Assembly (NCBI GenBank): GCA_044892525.1 | Contig: CM097885.1 | Coordinates: 33,730,001-33,794,000 of the forward strand | Origin: Schmidtea polychroa | Taxonomy: Eukaryota | Direction: 5' to 3' | DNA length: 64,000 nt | Part shown: positions 14,693 to 29,779 of the stretch, piece after piece | Layout: each line of letters opens with the position of its first letter | How positions within the stretch are numbered: position 1 is the stretch's first letter | Notes under the pieces: model-generated | Told to the model about the DNA's origin: nothing | Database searches by the model: none | Seen by the model: only the letters and a program-made list of their open reading frames with translations | Made by a program: the position numbers and the translations under genes

Positions 14693-16791
14693 TAATGAAA
14701 TTAATGAAAATAATATTTAAAAATAATTGAGCAAAATTATTAATTATTATTTTTATATATAAGAATTATCTTTAACTAAACAAGACAAATTACCTATGTT
14801 TATGTCTAAATATTTTTTCTTATCAATAATGTTTTCTGTAATAGAAGTAACTATAAAAATATTATTTTAGGAACATGACAATTAGATGAAATACAAACGA
14901 AAAAAGGAAGTTTCAGATATTATATTTAAAATAACAAAAACGCTTATATTTAATTTGTATATTTTTTCCCACTATTTTAAAGTATAAGCTTTCATTATTT
15001 ATTTATATTCTTTTAATTCTGTATTAATGTCACAATAATACACTATGAATAAATAGTCAACTAATCATATATCAATGGAAACTTATAATAGAAAATAAAC
15101 CATATTTGTTTTTAGTGTCAACGTTGTAGCTGGTAATAGAAATGGAAATTTATTTTTCTAGAAAAAGTATCATTATTATGAAAATAAACGTTATACATCA
15201 AAAAACAATTAAAATTTTAATTAAAAGTTTTGTTAAAATGTATTAATAAATTTAATAATTTAATCCATTTTCTTTTTAATTTTTTTATTTCAATTTTCTA
15301 TGGTTAATATTAATTTTGACTTTAAAAAGAAATGATTTTTTTGGTTCTTATTTTTGAAGTTTTATTTGTTAAATCACTAAGGAAATTAGTAGTAAAATCA
15401 TTTTTACATTCGATCTATTGAAACAAAATATCAAAATTAATTTTTTTATTTAACTAAACATTTTCTCACTGACTTTATTTTCTCCTTTTTCCAAGTGTTA
15501 GTTCAGAAGCCCTTTGAAAAGACAGGGTTGGAAATTTGTGTTAAATAGGAAAAAACTTTTGTTTTTATAGTAAAATATAAATACAAGTAAAAACTGTATT
15601 AATGTGATTCAGTTTCGGTTTTCCAATCATAAACTAAAATTGGCTCACTTTTTATTTTGTTTTCCTTCAAGTTTAATTTTCAGCATTGCACCAATTTTGA
15701 CCCGAAGTAAAATTATTTTTTATATAAGAGAAAAAATATTGCTTAAAATAAAAACATTAAAAATTTTGACTCTTTGCAAATGTATATACTATTAAAATCG
15801 TTGATTGTCTCTAATATGATATAAGTTGGTCTTGTCGACGGCTATTATTTAAGATGCGATAGTACATGATTGCTTAGGTATAACATTGATAAGTCATAAG
15901 GCAGATTCTTGTGTACAAGCACAGAAACCTTTAATAAAAGTTTTATTGAAAAACTCTAAATTTTCTGATCTTAATCACTTTTAACAATCATAACAATGTC
16001 ACATTTAGCTCTAATTAAAACTAAAACAATCTTAACATTTAATTTGTTTATAATGTTGTATTATGCTGGCAAAAACTGACGGACAAACAATATCTAATTT
16101 TATTGCCGTAACTCAGCATGATGTTTCAAAATGTTTGCTTTAAGAACTATTTATTAATATAATTGAAAATATTTATTAGATTATCATTGAAATAAATTTT
16201 ATCCATAACTCACTAATAAGTCAAACATTTACAAATCAGGGCAGATAAAATAGAAATGCACAAAAAATAATCGCCAATTAATTAAAAAAAGAAAAATAAG
16301 TAGGTGACCCCTTATCGGTTATCGCGCACGTAACCTCCCTAGAAAATAGCATGAGTGTTGCGATCATTTCATTTTCCTTTACCGGTTAGTTCGGTTATTT
16401 CTGTTACTTTATTTGTGCTATTATATCATTTTTTAAAAGAATAATCTAGACAGCTTGTCAAAAACAAAATTGAACGACAAGTTGTGAAATTCATAGAAAT
16501 TAAGTGGTAAGTCAACAAAATTTATTAGTAATATAAGATATGTTATACATTTTGAATGTAAAAGAAAATGTTGAAATTACAGATGGGGTGTACGACATTA
16601 GATTAGAAGTATATTCAAGAGATAATGAGTAGGCGAAACTTGAATTGAGGAAATTAAAATGACGAAATTATTAACCGCCAATTGTGGGACTTAAATTGAA
16701 ATGAGATATCTTTGAGAGTTTCAGGAAAGTAGTTTACTTGTGAAATAAATAAGTTAAATTAAAGAAAAATAATATATTTAATTATACAACA

Positions 16792-17773
16792 TGTTGAATT
16801 ATTGGGCTGGTGGTAATATTTAAAAGTTAATAATCAAATTCCTGACTCCAAAACGTGGTTTATTTGATCCACAAAATAACAATTCTCAGACAAAATAAAC
16901 CTTTATTGATTATCACATTTGATAACACGAATTATAACAACACGATCAATTAAAAACTCAAATAGATAATTACACAGAGATTATTATGACACTAGTTTGA
17001 GGAATAGCTCTACTCGTATAATTCCCAATAACTGAACAATCACCAGCTGCTGTTCTGACTCAATAATCGGGTAAATTGAATTGAATTTCTTTTGCTTTGA
17101 CTTGGATTTAATCAGTATACTTTAAACCTTTCTTATTGAACATAATTTTAGCACACCGTTTAATTCCAATATTTTCTTTTCTTTCCAATTTCTAATTTCT
17201 CACTTTTAACTTCTTTAATTTCCAATTTCTCTAATTTTTAATTTCGAATTATTTTCTCGACTATCTTTTAATTTTTCCCTTGACTATTAACTTCTGATTC
17301 CATTAAGAAGACTTTTGCTTTTATAGTCTGCACTTGTCCGACACTTGTGATAATTCATTTTCTTTTCACTCCTGTCTCTCCATAATCTGTACAGCTCCTG
17401 TGTTATCACTGAAAGCTCAACCCTCTGGATAATTTGTCATTTTTGTCATTTCTGCTTCTGGCATTTTCCATACTTTTTCCTATTTCCCACGTTATCTCTG
17501 AAAATTCGGAGACGCCGACTTTGTTTTCGTGTTTTGTTTTTGTTTTTCAAATTTAGAATTCCTTTTTGCTTTCTTACACTTATTAATTATAAGTGACTTT
17601 TCTCCGCTTTATAGTTTAATTTCTTTTGTTTTGTTATACCTTCCTCATTTCTTAATTTTTTGCTTTTCTCTTTTCTTCTCCAAGTTTCAGAATGCTATGT
17701 CAATCACCCTATCGATTTCCCCCAAAATTTTCAATTATTTATAATATTATTTATTATTTAGGCCTCCTCAACA
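16792..17773 (-). mobile_element. Solo LTR (Gypsy-like), about 0.98 kb, second family
   Basis: TGTTGA...TCAACA termini, perfect 4-bp TSD AACA; shares the terminal TGTTGAGG with the 9619-10701 LTR. Strand is tentative. Confidence 0.8.
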
Positions 17774-18613
17774 AACAATTTGCATAACTATACAAAAACC
17801 AATGAAATTGACTGGCTGAACGTGTAATATGAACCCTGAGAAACATGACAACACTATATTATAAAGTAAATGTAAAGAAACAAATTGGTTTGAATTTTGA
17901 ACACGGATTAATTCCAATTAGTAGGTCTTCATAAAATTTTCATATAAATTCCAATTAGTAGGTCTTCATAAAATTTTCATCATTTGAAATAGTACAAGGA
18001 GAAAAGATTAATATATTTTCGAAATTCAATATTTAACAGACAAAATGATCTGATTTGATTGATACCCCATAATAATTCTAGAGGAAGGTTTAATAAAATT
18101 GAGTCAGTTTGAAAGTGAAATACGGATGTTAAGAAATTTCAAAAAAGAAACTCATAAGTTTTATTTCGGATAGAATCACACAAATATAGAGATAAAGTAA
18201 TGAAAAATAGATTCACTGAGGAAGATGATAAAGTTTTCAAAGAGTTAATTCAATAATTATTACCGTCGTTTTAATAATACATACTTGCAAACAATTGTAT
18301 GTCATTAAACCCATAACTTATTTTGCTGTTATTAAAGAAAACTTAGCACCCGAAACAAGGCTAAGCATCCAAATTCATCGAAAATCTCAACATTTATTTT
18401 GTGACCAAAATCTCTTTAAATATGCAAAATGTTTTACGGGACAGGTTTGAATGTTCAGGCAGTACAGGTTGCCTAGATAATTATATTTAATAGAATATTT
18501 CCATAGTAATAACTTTTAATTTGCACGCAAATTTTATTAATAATCTTTGTGGAAGTTTCTTTGGTTTTGTCTCTTTTTGTAATATTTTACCTGACGCTAA
18601 AATCATTTTTTGA

Positions 18614-18695
18614 ATCACTTGGAAAAAGCAGTGCCGAAAATTCATCAAAAAAACATTGATATATTTACTGATTCATAGTCAAGCTTTTTAATAAA

Positions 18696-18697
<2 letters not shown>
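18614..18697 (+). repeat. Family 2 hammerhead-variant repeat, degenerate sense copy
   Basis: tcacttggaaaaagcagtgccgaaaattc...gattcatagtcaagctttttaataaa followed by (TA)n. Confidence 0.6.
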
Positions 18698-18776
<79 letters not shown>

Positions 18777-18781
<5 letters not shown>

Positions 18782-21710
18782 CTGCTTTCCCAAAATTTAT
18801 CAACCGGTTCGCAGTGATATTTTCTTATAAATTTTTTTATTTTTTTAATATTAATATTTCCATCAAACTATTATGGTTTGTCAGAGTAGCAGACTAAGTC
18901 AAGAATATTTAACTATCGTTCATATTCTTTGCAACAATAATGTAATAGGATAAAAGAGAATAAAAAAATAATTCAACGAGGTAAAAATCACTTTTATTTT
19001 ATTTATTCATTTCAAGAGTTACAAAATTTACATAAAAAAAACTGAACATAACAAAAAAATTGTGAAATTGCATATATTAGTAAATATTATTGTTATAAAG
19101 TAATTATATTATTTAAAATATTTCCAAATAGCTAATTGATTTTCAGTATATTCTTTCGGTTTAGATTTTTTAACCCTGGTATCATCTGCCGAATTATGGT
19201 TCCTCAACCAAGTTTTTACATAGGGAACTGCGTTCCAAGTTTCTAATGGACGACCAACAAAGTTTAATGTCATCAAATTTGATACTGTCTGCACTGTTAA
19301 TCTGGCTCTTAAATCAGCAATTATGATGTTCATCAATGAAAATCCTCGTTCTACTTCAGCACTGCTAACGGCAACCGTATTAACCATATTTTTCGCTTTT
19401 TGAATGTTTTCTGCAATTTTACTAATTTGCTGATAGCCATTGTTTATTTAATTTTCATCATAATCACGGAAATCATTCTTATCGATATCAAAATTAAAAA
19501 TTTTTCGAAATTTATCAAAATTCTTTTCGGCCTCTATCCATGGAACTACAATATCTTCAATTTTCTATGTGCTCGGCTCTAGCAAATTGGCTAGCTCATA
19601 AATAATGCTATTATCAATATTTTTTTGTCACTATTTGATCTGAGATGAGAGCAATCCATCAATCTTAATTTCATATTTTTTATGATGCTGTCAATAAGGG
19701 AATCTCTGGGAAGGTTTCCATAAATTCTGTTTTCGACGAAGATAATATTTTTGAATGTTTCAGAGTTTATAACTTCATCCACTTTTTTTTCGTAATGACC
19801 GCGACGATCTTTGAGAATTTGAAAAGCGTTAATTGTTCTTCTAATCAGTTGATCTCCCCTTGCAACATTTATATTTCTAGCTTGAAGAACATTAGATAAT
19901 AGAGAGCACTCCTGTAGGATGTCAATTATTAGAGCTAAATCTACTAGAAAACATTTGTTTTGTAGTCGTTTTGCCAGTCCAGACATTTTTTGGTTAGAAG
20001 AGAACGACGTATACAAAGCAGGGTAGCTCGCCATACAGCAAGAGCATATCTTAGGCTGCATGCAGACCATCTTGGTCCTAACACTCTTCCAATCTTAATT
20101 ATATCAAAACTAAGCTCCTGGGAAATATTATTCAGTTCTTTTTGGTTTTTATTAGATTGATGAAAAATACAATATATTTTGTCCATGAAAACTTTAAAAT
20201 GATTAACCTGTTGTAGACGGTGATTGAGACAGTGCCAAATAATAATATTTGGAAACATCTCTTTCATTCGTACGCTGACTCTAGATTTACAACCGAGCAT
20301 TACGCTAGCACCGTCAGAACAGAATCCTATTAAATTCAGTTTTAAATAATTTGTATCAAATCCAAATAATAATAACAGCAAGCAATACAACCAACAAACT
20401 TTGAAAAATAGTATTCGCATCTTGTGCGTCAAGCTCCACAATATCTACGAATATTATTGGGGATATTGCAGAAGATTCTACTGTAGAAGATTCTACTTTG
20501 ATGAAAACTATAAGCGTTGATTTACTGGAAATGGTACAAATAACAGTACAAATTTTTAGATTATTCTTAATAATCGATATAAACAATTCTTTTTTAGTTT
20601 CTTGCGCGATATGCCCTACTATCTTACTTGCACTATGTCGAGAATGAAGTCCGGTTCCCATGTCCAACCCGTTTTTTACTTGAAGCTCTATTACACTTTC
20701 TATGTCTGTAAACAGTATTGAAGATTCTTGTAGTAGAACTAATAAATTTCTCGTTCATCTTATCGATGCATGATGTAAAAGTTTGTTTTTCAAGTATCTT
20801 GGCATGTTCAACAGCTAGTTTGTGTGCTTTTGATGCAAAATGTTCACTCATTTTTTCCCTTAAAGATGCTTGTTCCACTATTTTGTCTTTCCCCGAAGTC
20901 GTAACTTTACATTTTTTCCATTCTTGAGATATTAGTTTTGATTCCATTTTTAAACAATATTCACATCCCAATTTCTGATTACTGACAAACAGCCCATCAT
21001 ATTTAATTTTAAACTCCTTCAACTGTTTCGCATTCCAACAACTTGGTAAATTATTATTGTCCTCATTTTGGGAACTAGGAATCTCTAGTATTTGTTCCTG
21101 TAAAGTTATTGAAACTGCTTCTGTCTCTGTTATAGTCGACCTGCTATCATTACTTACTGATGTTTCCTCTCTTATTTTTTTCGAGAAATATGTGGTTAAC
21201 ATATTTTGTCTCTTCATCTTCAAAAAATAAAATAGGTATTTCAAAATAAATTATTTAACTTAAAGCATGAAAATAGTTAATTGAACTTACCTTATTAAAT
21301 TTTTTAAAAATCTTCGGTTTTATTAGAAAAATAATTAACTTAAATGTATAAAAACTGAACAGAACAAAACAAATAATAACCGATAAAATGAAATATTTAG
21401 ATTGAACTTTTTCAATAGAAATTAGAAATAGATTTAACTTTTACATATCTATCTATGGTAACTTGATAAAATTTAAAATTTTTTTTATTTTTTTTAAAAT
21501 TAACTGAAAGATTTCTATAAAGTAAAAAATTAGAATCGCAATGAAAACTAGATAAAATTTTCAAACTGTTTATATAAATTTGCACCAAATGGTAAATAAA
21601 TTTTATTTAAATAATTTTTTTTTGCGTATTTTTTTTGACAAAAAAAATAATTTTTTTTCCGCTTATTTTAATAGCCGGTTCGCACGAACCATAAAATTTA
21701 CATCTAACGG
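18777..21710 (-). mobile_element. hAT transposon (KIAA1586/ZNF862-like transposase) flanked by (TA)n
   Basis: TAGGGCTG hAT-type terminus at left; CCGGTTCGCA subterminal motif at both ends; (TA)n on both sides; right TIR missing. Confidence 0.85.
19109..21217 (-). pseudogene. Frameshifted hAT transposase
   Basis: Overlapping ORFs with [28 protein letters not shown] and SSAEVERGFSLMN (hATC dimerisation); ATG at 21217 directly follows a 73-nt GT-AG intron (21218-21290). Confidence 0.9.
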
Positions 21711-24700
21711 TATATATATATATATATATTAGAGAACTAATCTACAATTTTGATATCAATCTTCCGTTAATTTCCTTAAACTAATTATTTGACATCTTTT
21801 TAATTTATATCTGTCATGATTTTATCTATAAATGATTCTCACTGACGCATTTTCTTACATTTTCCAGTCATCTTTTTGGTCTTTGTTGTTCAATATTAAT
21901 TCTATTACTGAATTATTTTCAGATTTTAAATCCTATTATTTCGCCTTTTTGTTTAAATTAAGTGAACTTTCTTATGTCACTAATACTGTCTAGAAAAGAT
22001 AAAACCGTCACATTTCTTCGTAATTCACATAAACAATTAATGCAAAAATTGTTTTCTTTTCAATTTTTGTTAATTATAAACCTGAAAACTTTCTTTGTAG
22101 ATCTGTATTTATATATTTTTCATCTAAAACGAATAATAAATTTGATGAATAAGTGGTTAGTAATCTTATTATTCTATAATTACATTTAAAATTCAATTAA
22201 AAATTAAAAATTACACTTGAATATTTTTTATAGTTCAAACAGTTCATTATATTAACCAAGATGAAAAATATAATCAAATATTTAAAGTTGTTATAAATAT
22301 TTAAATTAAAAAAAAATTATTTGAAATTTAATACTTAAATGATTTTTCAAAATATAAATATTTCAATTAAAATATCAAATGAAATGTAATAAATATATTT
22401 TAATTATTTTTCCAAATTAATTTGGCTAAAACTAAATAGAAGAATTAAAAAGAAATTAACTTAAGTGCGCTGCTTTGTAAATTACTAAGTTATTTTTAAA
22501 TTTTGTTTTTTACCACCAGTGTAATTTCAACTTTGAAATTGAGCATTTTATATGTAGAAAGGGCAGGCGCATTAACAAATATCTCATATAGACTACTGCC
22601 AAGCTCCTCACTAAATAACATTTAAATTTATCCAATTTGTTCGAATGTGATAAAAAGGTTATTTTGTTAATCTGGATCAATATTTTCTTTCTGAGGGTAA
22701 GATCTTCATCTGCAAGGATACACTCAACTTTCATTTTATGCATTGTTTTATAAATTATTTACAAATTTATTTTTAATTTAATAAAATTAATGCAAAAGTA
22801 CTTGTTCACAAAGAACTATTCAGTTAAGTATTGTTGTTAATATTAAACAAGCCTTTTGCTTGTTTAAAATTTAACTAATGCTACCAAGAAATCATCACTT
22901 TATACTTTATTGTTTTTAATGTTAATATATTTTTGGATGGAGGGTGTGTGTTGAAGAAATATTTGAGACCAGATGAGTCACAGGTAAAATCTATTTTGGG
23001 AAAGCTGGAGTTCTTGCGTGTACGCATAAAAATGCACTGCGCTTGTGTTTATATACAACCAAAAATGATAAAAAATAATGATTATAACAATAACTTTTAT
23101 TTAAATAAAATATAAAAGTAATATAATACTTTCAGTGTAGTTTAAATATTTCTGAAAAGTCATAATTTCCTTAGATTTTTTGGGTTTGTCTTTGATTTTT
23201 CTTTAATCAACTTTCCAATTTATCTTTTTTGTGACCCGTTTAATTTCAACTTTACTAATTGTTACTAGTCTTATTAAATTATTCTATTTTTTGATCTTTT
23301 AAGTAAATTTTACTATATATAGAAAATGTTTTGCTTTCTAGAGGAAATAACAAATAAAAATAAATACAATTATAAATAATATAAGAACAGTACAATTGTC
23401 TTAAACCTATCTGACGTTTATAAATAAGGAGGGAAAATTTCTTAATTTTTTGATCTTTGATTGAGTTTTTATTGTGGTAAAAGGTTCAAAATTATCTTTC
23501 TGTAAAATGAATTATTTGCAGTTGCCACAATCCTGAATGTGTTTATGTCAATCTTTAATATAATCCTCAAAAACCATCAAATACCTTTAAGTATAATCTA
23601 TCATTCTTGGTAGGAATTGATAGTAACAATCTTGATGTCAAAACATTTCTGAATAGCAAGTCCTTATACATTGTCCATTGTTATGCTCTGTTAATATTAT
23701 AAGATATAAAATTGAGTTAGAAATTCCCACTCTTCACTTCTATTCACTTCTATTAATACAATAATAAATATTTAAGTATTTAATTCTTAATCTTTGAAAG
23801 GGAAATTAAAATAAAATTCTAATTTAAATTTTTATAAGGATATTTTTAAATAAATTAGCTTTTTGTTTTTAATTCAAATATTTAAAGAATTATTTAAAAC
23901 AAATTATTTAAATATAGACAATGAAATTATGATCTATTTATTGCAGAGACAGATGATAAAATTGACGAATTGTTCAATAGAATATTTAAAAATATTCGAC
24001 TAAAAATCATGAATTTTTTCTCCAGAAAATTATAGGTTTTATTTTAAATCTAATAAAATAATAATTATGAATTATAATCATTGAAGCCACAGCGAACATA
24101 AGCATTCCTTTATGTGCATAAAATTCATGCAAATAAAAGAAAAACAAATTATTGTTATTAAAATTATATTTAAATAAAATGTCAGACAAGCCAGTTTTCA
24201 TTAAAAAATGGTTGACAAACCTTTTTCATCTCAATCAACTTTAGTGATTTTTAAAGAAGTTTTAAATTAATTTTTACAATAAAAGAATATTAGTTTTAAT
24301 CAAATTTGGATCTTGTCAATGTTAAACTTTAAAAATTGAAATAAAAATCTATTATACAATTAATGGAATAATTTTGATGTGGAATTCAATTATCGAATTG
24401 TAAAATTATAAATACACGAGATATCTCAAAAATCAATTAATTAATTTAAAATAATAAAATTATAAAAATTATTATCAGTAAAATATTTTATGTTTTCACT
24501 TTTTCACAATTTCAATAATTTCAATTTTCCTTCCCTTTCAAAAATTATAAATCAAATTAAATTAGACAAATATATAAAATTCTTAAAATAAACCACAAAT
24601 ACTTGACAGTTACAATTATATCACATTAAATTTATAGTTACTTTTATTAACAAAATAATTCTGATTGAAATTATTGCTTTTATAAAAAGAACAATACTTT

Positions 24701-25408
24701 GCTATAAAAATTAAATAATAATAGATTTTAATATAATTTATTTAAAATTCTGGTTATTATTTATAATAAATGATATATATTTATATTCAATATATTAAGA
24801 ATACCATTTATTTTTTTAAAAGGACGACAAAACATCGTAAGATCTATTTATTTTGCCTAGATCATGTTTGGAATTTGGTTTTGAATAAAAATATCAGGAT
24901 TGTAATACATATGGATGACTACCCGTCACCCCCGTTCTTAATCACTACAGACTAAGGTCATTGATTAATAATTAAATAGTAGTATGTATGCAAAGAATGA
25001 TATGTTTGTGTTTGTATTTTCGTATTTGAAGTGGTACATGAAAAACCTATGTTTAAAATGATATGAATGAAAAGTGATGTAATGTAATAATGTACAAAAT
25101 TATTAAATTTAATAAAATAAATATCTTAATTAAAATTTAAAATTTCTTTCATGTTTTAAAATAAAATTCATTTTTTAGTGAAATATATTTTGTTAAAAAT
25201 CTATAAATTATTCAGTTTAAAATATTTTTCAAATAAGCAATTTAAAATCTATATAGTCTTTTTATTGTTACCTGATGATGATGGTGAGTCTGTAGAAATT
25301 TATAATATAAGCAATGCTCGATTGACGTTTTCAAATATTTATATCAAAACCATGTTTTGTTTGTGTTTAAAAATAGAATAACAGTTATTGTAATAACATA
25401 TTTTTTTT

Positions 25409-25750
25409 CGGATGTCTTACACTTGAATTGTATAAACAGCAAATCCCAATAGTAGACTAGTTTAGAGCTTTTGGCTCTTATCAGTTCTATGTAGGATACG
25501 CGAAAATTTCTCTTCATTCCAGGTAAGTATACAATATTGCTGATTAAACTTTATTGCATTCTTTCCCTGGTACACTGAAAATCATATAACTTGCTTATTA
25601 GGTTGGTCACAGAAAATCTGTAAACTTGTAAACATGGCGTATGAAAAATCATAATCACCTCTGCAAACTAAAAAACTAGTCGATACACAGAAATGGTTTA
25701 CAAGTGCGTCCGGTTATTTTTAACATTTTTAACTTATAAAGTAATGTTGT

Positions 25751-25756
<6 letters not shown>
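25409..25756 (-). mobile_element. Retrozyme-like family 1, copy 1 (hammerhead core mutated)
   Basis: Colinear with 37376-37752 and 51907-52160; core at 25449-25490 reads CUGAUAA...UAAA; followed by (TA)n. Confidence 0.75.
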
Positions 25757-25848
<92 letters not shown>

Positions 25849-28770
25849 TATATATATTAAAATAAATATCAAATAAATTATAATAATATTCCGCAAAAAA
25901 GGACATTATTATAAATTACTTTTGATTTTTTTATTTATTCCATTCATTTAAAATGATTTATAAAATATTTTTTGAATTTTTTCGAACCATAGTGGTTTAA
26001 AACTATTTATTTTACTAATATAAAGTAATTTTTGATAAAAATCAAATAACTTTATTAATTTATTTTGCCAAATTCAATTTAACAAATTAAAGTTTTGAGT
26101 TTCCATAGAATATTTGTTTCCATTGTCAATTTAATTCTCTATTAAACCATCTCTATTCTCATTGTTTCATCAGCAAACTTGAATGTCTATCATTTTATAG
26201 CATTGAAACAAAAAATATAAACTTCCACCCAAATAAAAATTTAAAAAATGCGTGACAAATTTCGTTTTAAAAGTTAGCTTTCATTAAAGAAGAAAATAAA
26301 TATTGATATTTGAAAATGTTTCTCAGGAAAATCTGTTCAAAATTCTGAGAGAATTGTTTTATCTGAGTAAATCATCTCTTTAAAAATTTAAAAGTTTTAA
26401 TTTTGTTGGTTTCTAAGTGTTACTTACATCGCTAATCTAATTGTTCACGTAAAAATTAAAATAACAAAAATAATAAACAAATTTAATTTTATTGCTCCAA
26501 AATATCTGAAATTTTATCGATTCGTCATAATTAAATGTCTTCCCTTTAGGCATTTTGAAATTAACTTTTTCTAATAATAATAATTGTTTAATTATATATT
26601 TCAGGATATGCAGTTCTCCATATCTTTCTTACTTTTATTTTATAAATAATAGAATAATAATGTATAATTAATTAGTGAAATTATTCTTTATATATAACAA
26701 AAGCAAGTAATAATTTAGATATTAATATTTATTGGACTATAGATCAAAACAATTTATAAGGTACACGATATTTTGGCACAACCATTATCATTTTGTATCA
26801 ATGATTTCTTTGAAAAGAATTTTATAAAGAATATTTATAAAATTATTTATAATATATATATTTTTTATTATTTAAATTATTTAAAAATTATTTATATTTT
26901 TTTTAAGAATAAAACTCAAATTCTTATATATTGCCAGTTGATATAACTTCATTTACATAATTTATTTTAAAAATTTTCGGTAAGAAATAAGAGGAAATTA
27001 ATTAATTATAAATACAACAGTATAATGTGAAAGCCATTGACGCCATCAAGATGTAAATACTGATATCCTTAAAATTAAATTAAAAAGTTATTTATTTTTT
27101 TATTTTGAAAAAGTTGGCTTAATGATATTGAACTAACTTGTTCTTGACACAAATAACAAATTTTCTTTCCAAGTATTCATTTTCCCTTGCAAGAAACAAG
27201 TTCCAACAGTATAATGTGCCTGACTTATTTCAATTACATAATAAACATATTTTTATAATAAACATATTATTAAATACCTTACAATGAAAGGTTCATTATT
27301 TACTTATTATTTGAATTATTGAAAGTTTTTAAATATTTTTAAAAAATTTGTCTCACTGTTACTTTAAATTTTCACTTAAAATGGTAATTACTTTGTAAAC
27401 TATTAAAAAGGATTTGATTACACTTTATTTATTATTTTTATTAATCTTATATTTTTTTATTCTAAATCATTATCTTTATATTTATAATAAATATTAATAA
27501 TAAATACCAGTTCATAGTCAAACTATTTAATAATAATCTCAATTTAATAATAATTTGGTATATAAGTAAATAAAAACAAATCACTCCAAAAATGATCAAC
27601 TATAATTACTTGTCAACTGTTTTCATTTTTAGTTCTGTTTAAAAATAATATCCGGTAATTCCTTTGATTTTGTTTTGATGTACTGTAAATTAATAATTTT
27701 TATTATTTTAATTTGATATTACATTACGCTATTTGTTTAGTTCTGATATCAACTGAAATAATTGATTTTTGAAATTCTGAAATTAATAAATGAATTTATA
27801 AAATAAACTAATGGGAATTTAAATTAAAAAATTCTTTTTAATACCAATGGCAATTTTCTTAAATAATAAATAAATAAAAATCAATTTTGTTTTGATGACT
27901 TTAGGAATAGTAATCAATCCATTCAATGTCTTCCTGAAAATAATGTTTAATGTAAATATATTTAAATTTAATATCCAATATTATATGGATAGCATTTTAA
28001 AATAAAAGTCCATGAATCTGTCATCACCATTAAAGCTATATTTTCATTTAACTGCATGTTTAATTATTCAATATTTAGCCGAAATATTTTTAATTTACAT
28101 TATAATCTCTTAAAAAGACATTAATTTGAACTATTAATACGAAGATAATACAAGATGAGGGTCGAACCCTTTTAGTAATCATTTACTAGTAATAAACCAT
28201 TAAAATAAAGAATAAACAAATCATTCTTTTATTTCAAAAATAATGATATAAAAGAAGAATTATCATCAAAAAAAAGTTATTATATTATTTTCAATAGTAT
28301 AATTTTCCAGATATTTCTCACATCTTATTTAATCATGTATATTATTTTTATTTGTTAACAAAACGTTATCTACTGACTGTTTAAAGTAATATATTTAAAT
28401 AAAAAGCATCATTTACAAACAAACAAAACTGAAGTGTATCGTAAATTTCATAATACCTTAAAATAAAAAATATCTTTTATATATTTAAAGCTATTCTAAA
28501 TAATTATTAAAATTCAAAAGTATATTCAAATTAATTTAGTATCTGCAATTCAGTTGTTGAAGAATAGAGAAACTTTAATGACTTTCACTAAAAAGATTAT
28601 TTGTTATTACAATAGTGTTAGAAGTGGACTTGAACTGACATCTCAATTAAGAGAAAATCAAAAACAAAAACTACAGAAGTAAATTTAAATTTCCGTATCA
28701 ATTCACCAAAAATTACAGATATAATGACACAAACACTTAATAATCACATTTATGAAAATATACATGTCGG

Positions 28771-29157
28771 CAGGCCCAGCTCAACCTATATGCAGACCAT
28801 GCAATTGGGGCGCTGATAAAAGGGCGCCTTTTCTCTTTCGATTTGAATAATTATATATTTTTCATTTTTTATATTTGTGTGTGTTTAATTTATTATAAAA
28901 AATATTTGAAAACTCTTAATACAAATTCAAATATTTCTTGTGATCTATATTTTATGTATAATATAAACATTTTTTAATTTTTTATAATAGAACTTGTAAT
29001 TATTTTATTTGTTATTTGAATAAATTATTTTACGAGTACAAAATAAAACGTTTTGTCCTTTAAATTTAATTACTTATCTCCCACATGTACAATTTTTTTA
29101 AATTCAAACAAAATGGGCAAATTGCATAGGGCGTATAAAACCATAGAGCCAGCGCTG
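28771..29157. mobile_element. hAT-type MITE
   Basis: CAGGCCCAGCTC...GAGCCAGCGCTG termini; 8-bp TSD CATGTCGG/CATGCCGG (one mismatch). Confidence 0.75.
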
Positions 29158-29230
29158 CATGCCGGTTTTATTAAAAGAATAGAAATAATATTTTCTCATA
29201 TATATGGTAGAATGGCGCCTCCTCCCTAAA

Positions 29231-29308
29231 AATGCAAGCGCCTCGTACAATGCAAGCGCCTCGTACAATGCAAGCGCCTCGTACAATGCAAGCGCCCCGT
29301 ACAATGCA
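29231..29308. repeat. 18-bp tandem repeat x4.3 (AATGCAAGCGCCTCGTAC)
   Basis: Direct repeats seen; lies just before a GACACGACCCTG hAT-like end, so probably a subterminal repeat. Confidence 0.85.
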
Positions 29309-29675
29309 GTTTGTACACTAGACGACACGACCCTGATCCAGATCAAATCAAAAGGCAGATAATTCAAATAAAAAAGTTCAGAAATTCACATTTTAATTAA
29401 AATATTTCAGTATTTTATTGATTATTATTATTAACCCTACAATGCAATAGATCCAAGGAAAGACAATGATATCACAAAACCTTAATATTTGAGGTAATAT
29501 ATCTTAACCGAGATAAATCTCAGTTGAAAGTTCATCATTGTCGAGATTGTTCGTTAAAATATTTTACATTAAAAAAGCGTTGAATTTATTTCCTATATGT
29601 CATGTTAATTAATAAAATTTTTCATTTCAATATTCTAAAATAATTTCATGCGACGACACATGTTAGCGATATTAG

Positions 29676-29779
<104 letters not shown>

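Noticed and set aside
16560..16680. GVYDI...GET as a GIY-YIG fragment
   Set aside because: The motifs are short, in different frames and interrupted by stops; they cannot be distinguished from chance.
17910..17980. 37-bp tandem duplication; also 13-bp AT-rich repeats near 62605-62667
   Set aside because: Ordinary slippage duplications with no further structure.
19109..21217. Domesticated KIAA1586/ZNF862-like host gene
   Set aside because: Multiple frameshifts, a retained terminus and microsatellite flanks indicate a dead transposon copy.
29104..29367. ORF with ALALYE repeats; CRISPR-like look of the 18-bp array
   Set aside because: It is a spacer-less tandem repeat beside transposon ends in a eukaryotic genome, so neither a gene nor CRISPR.
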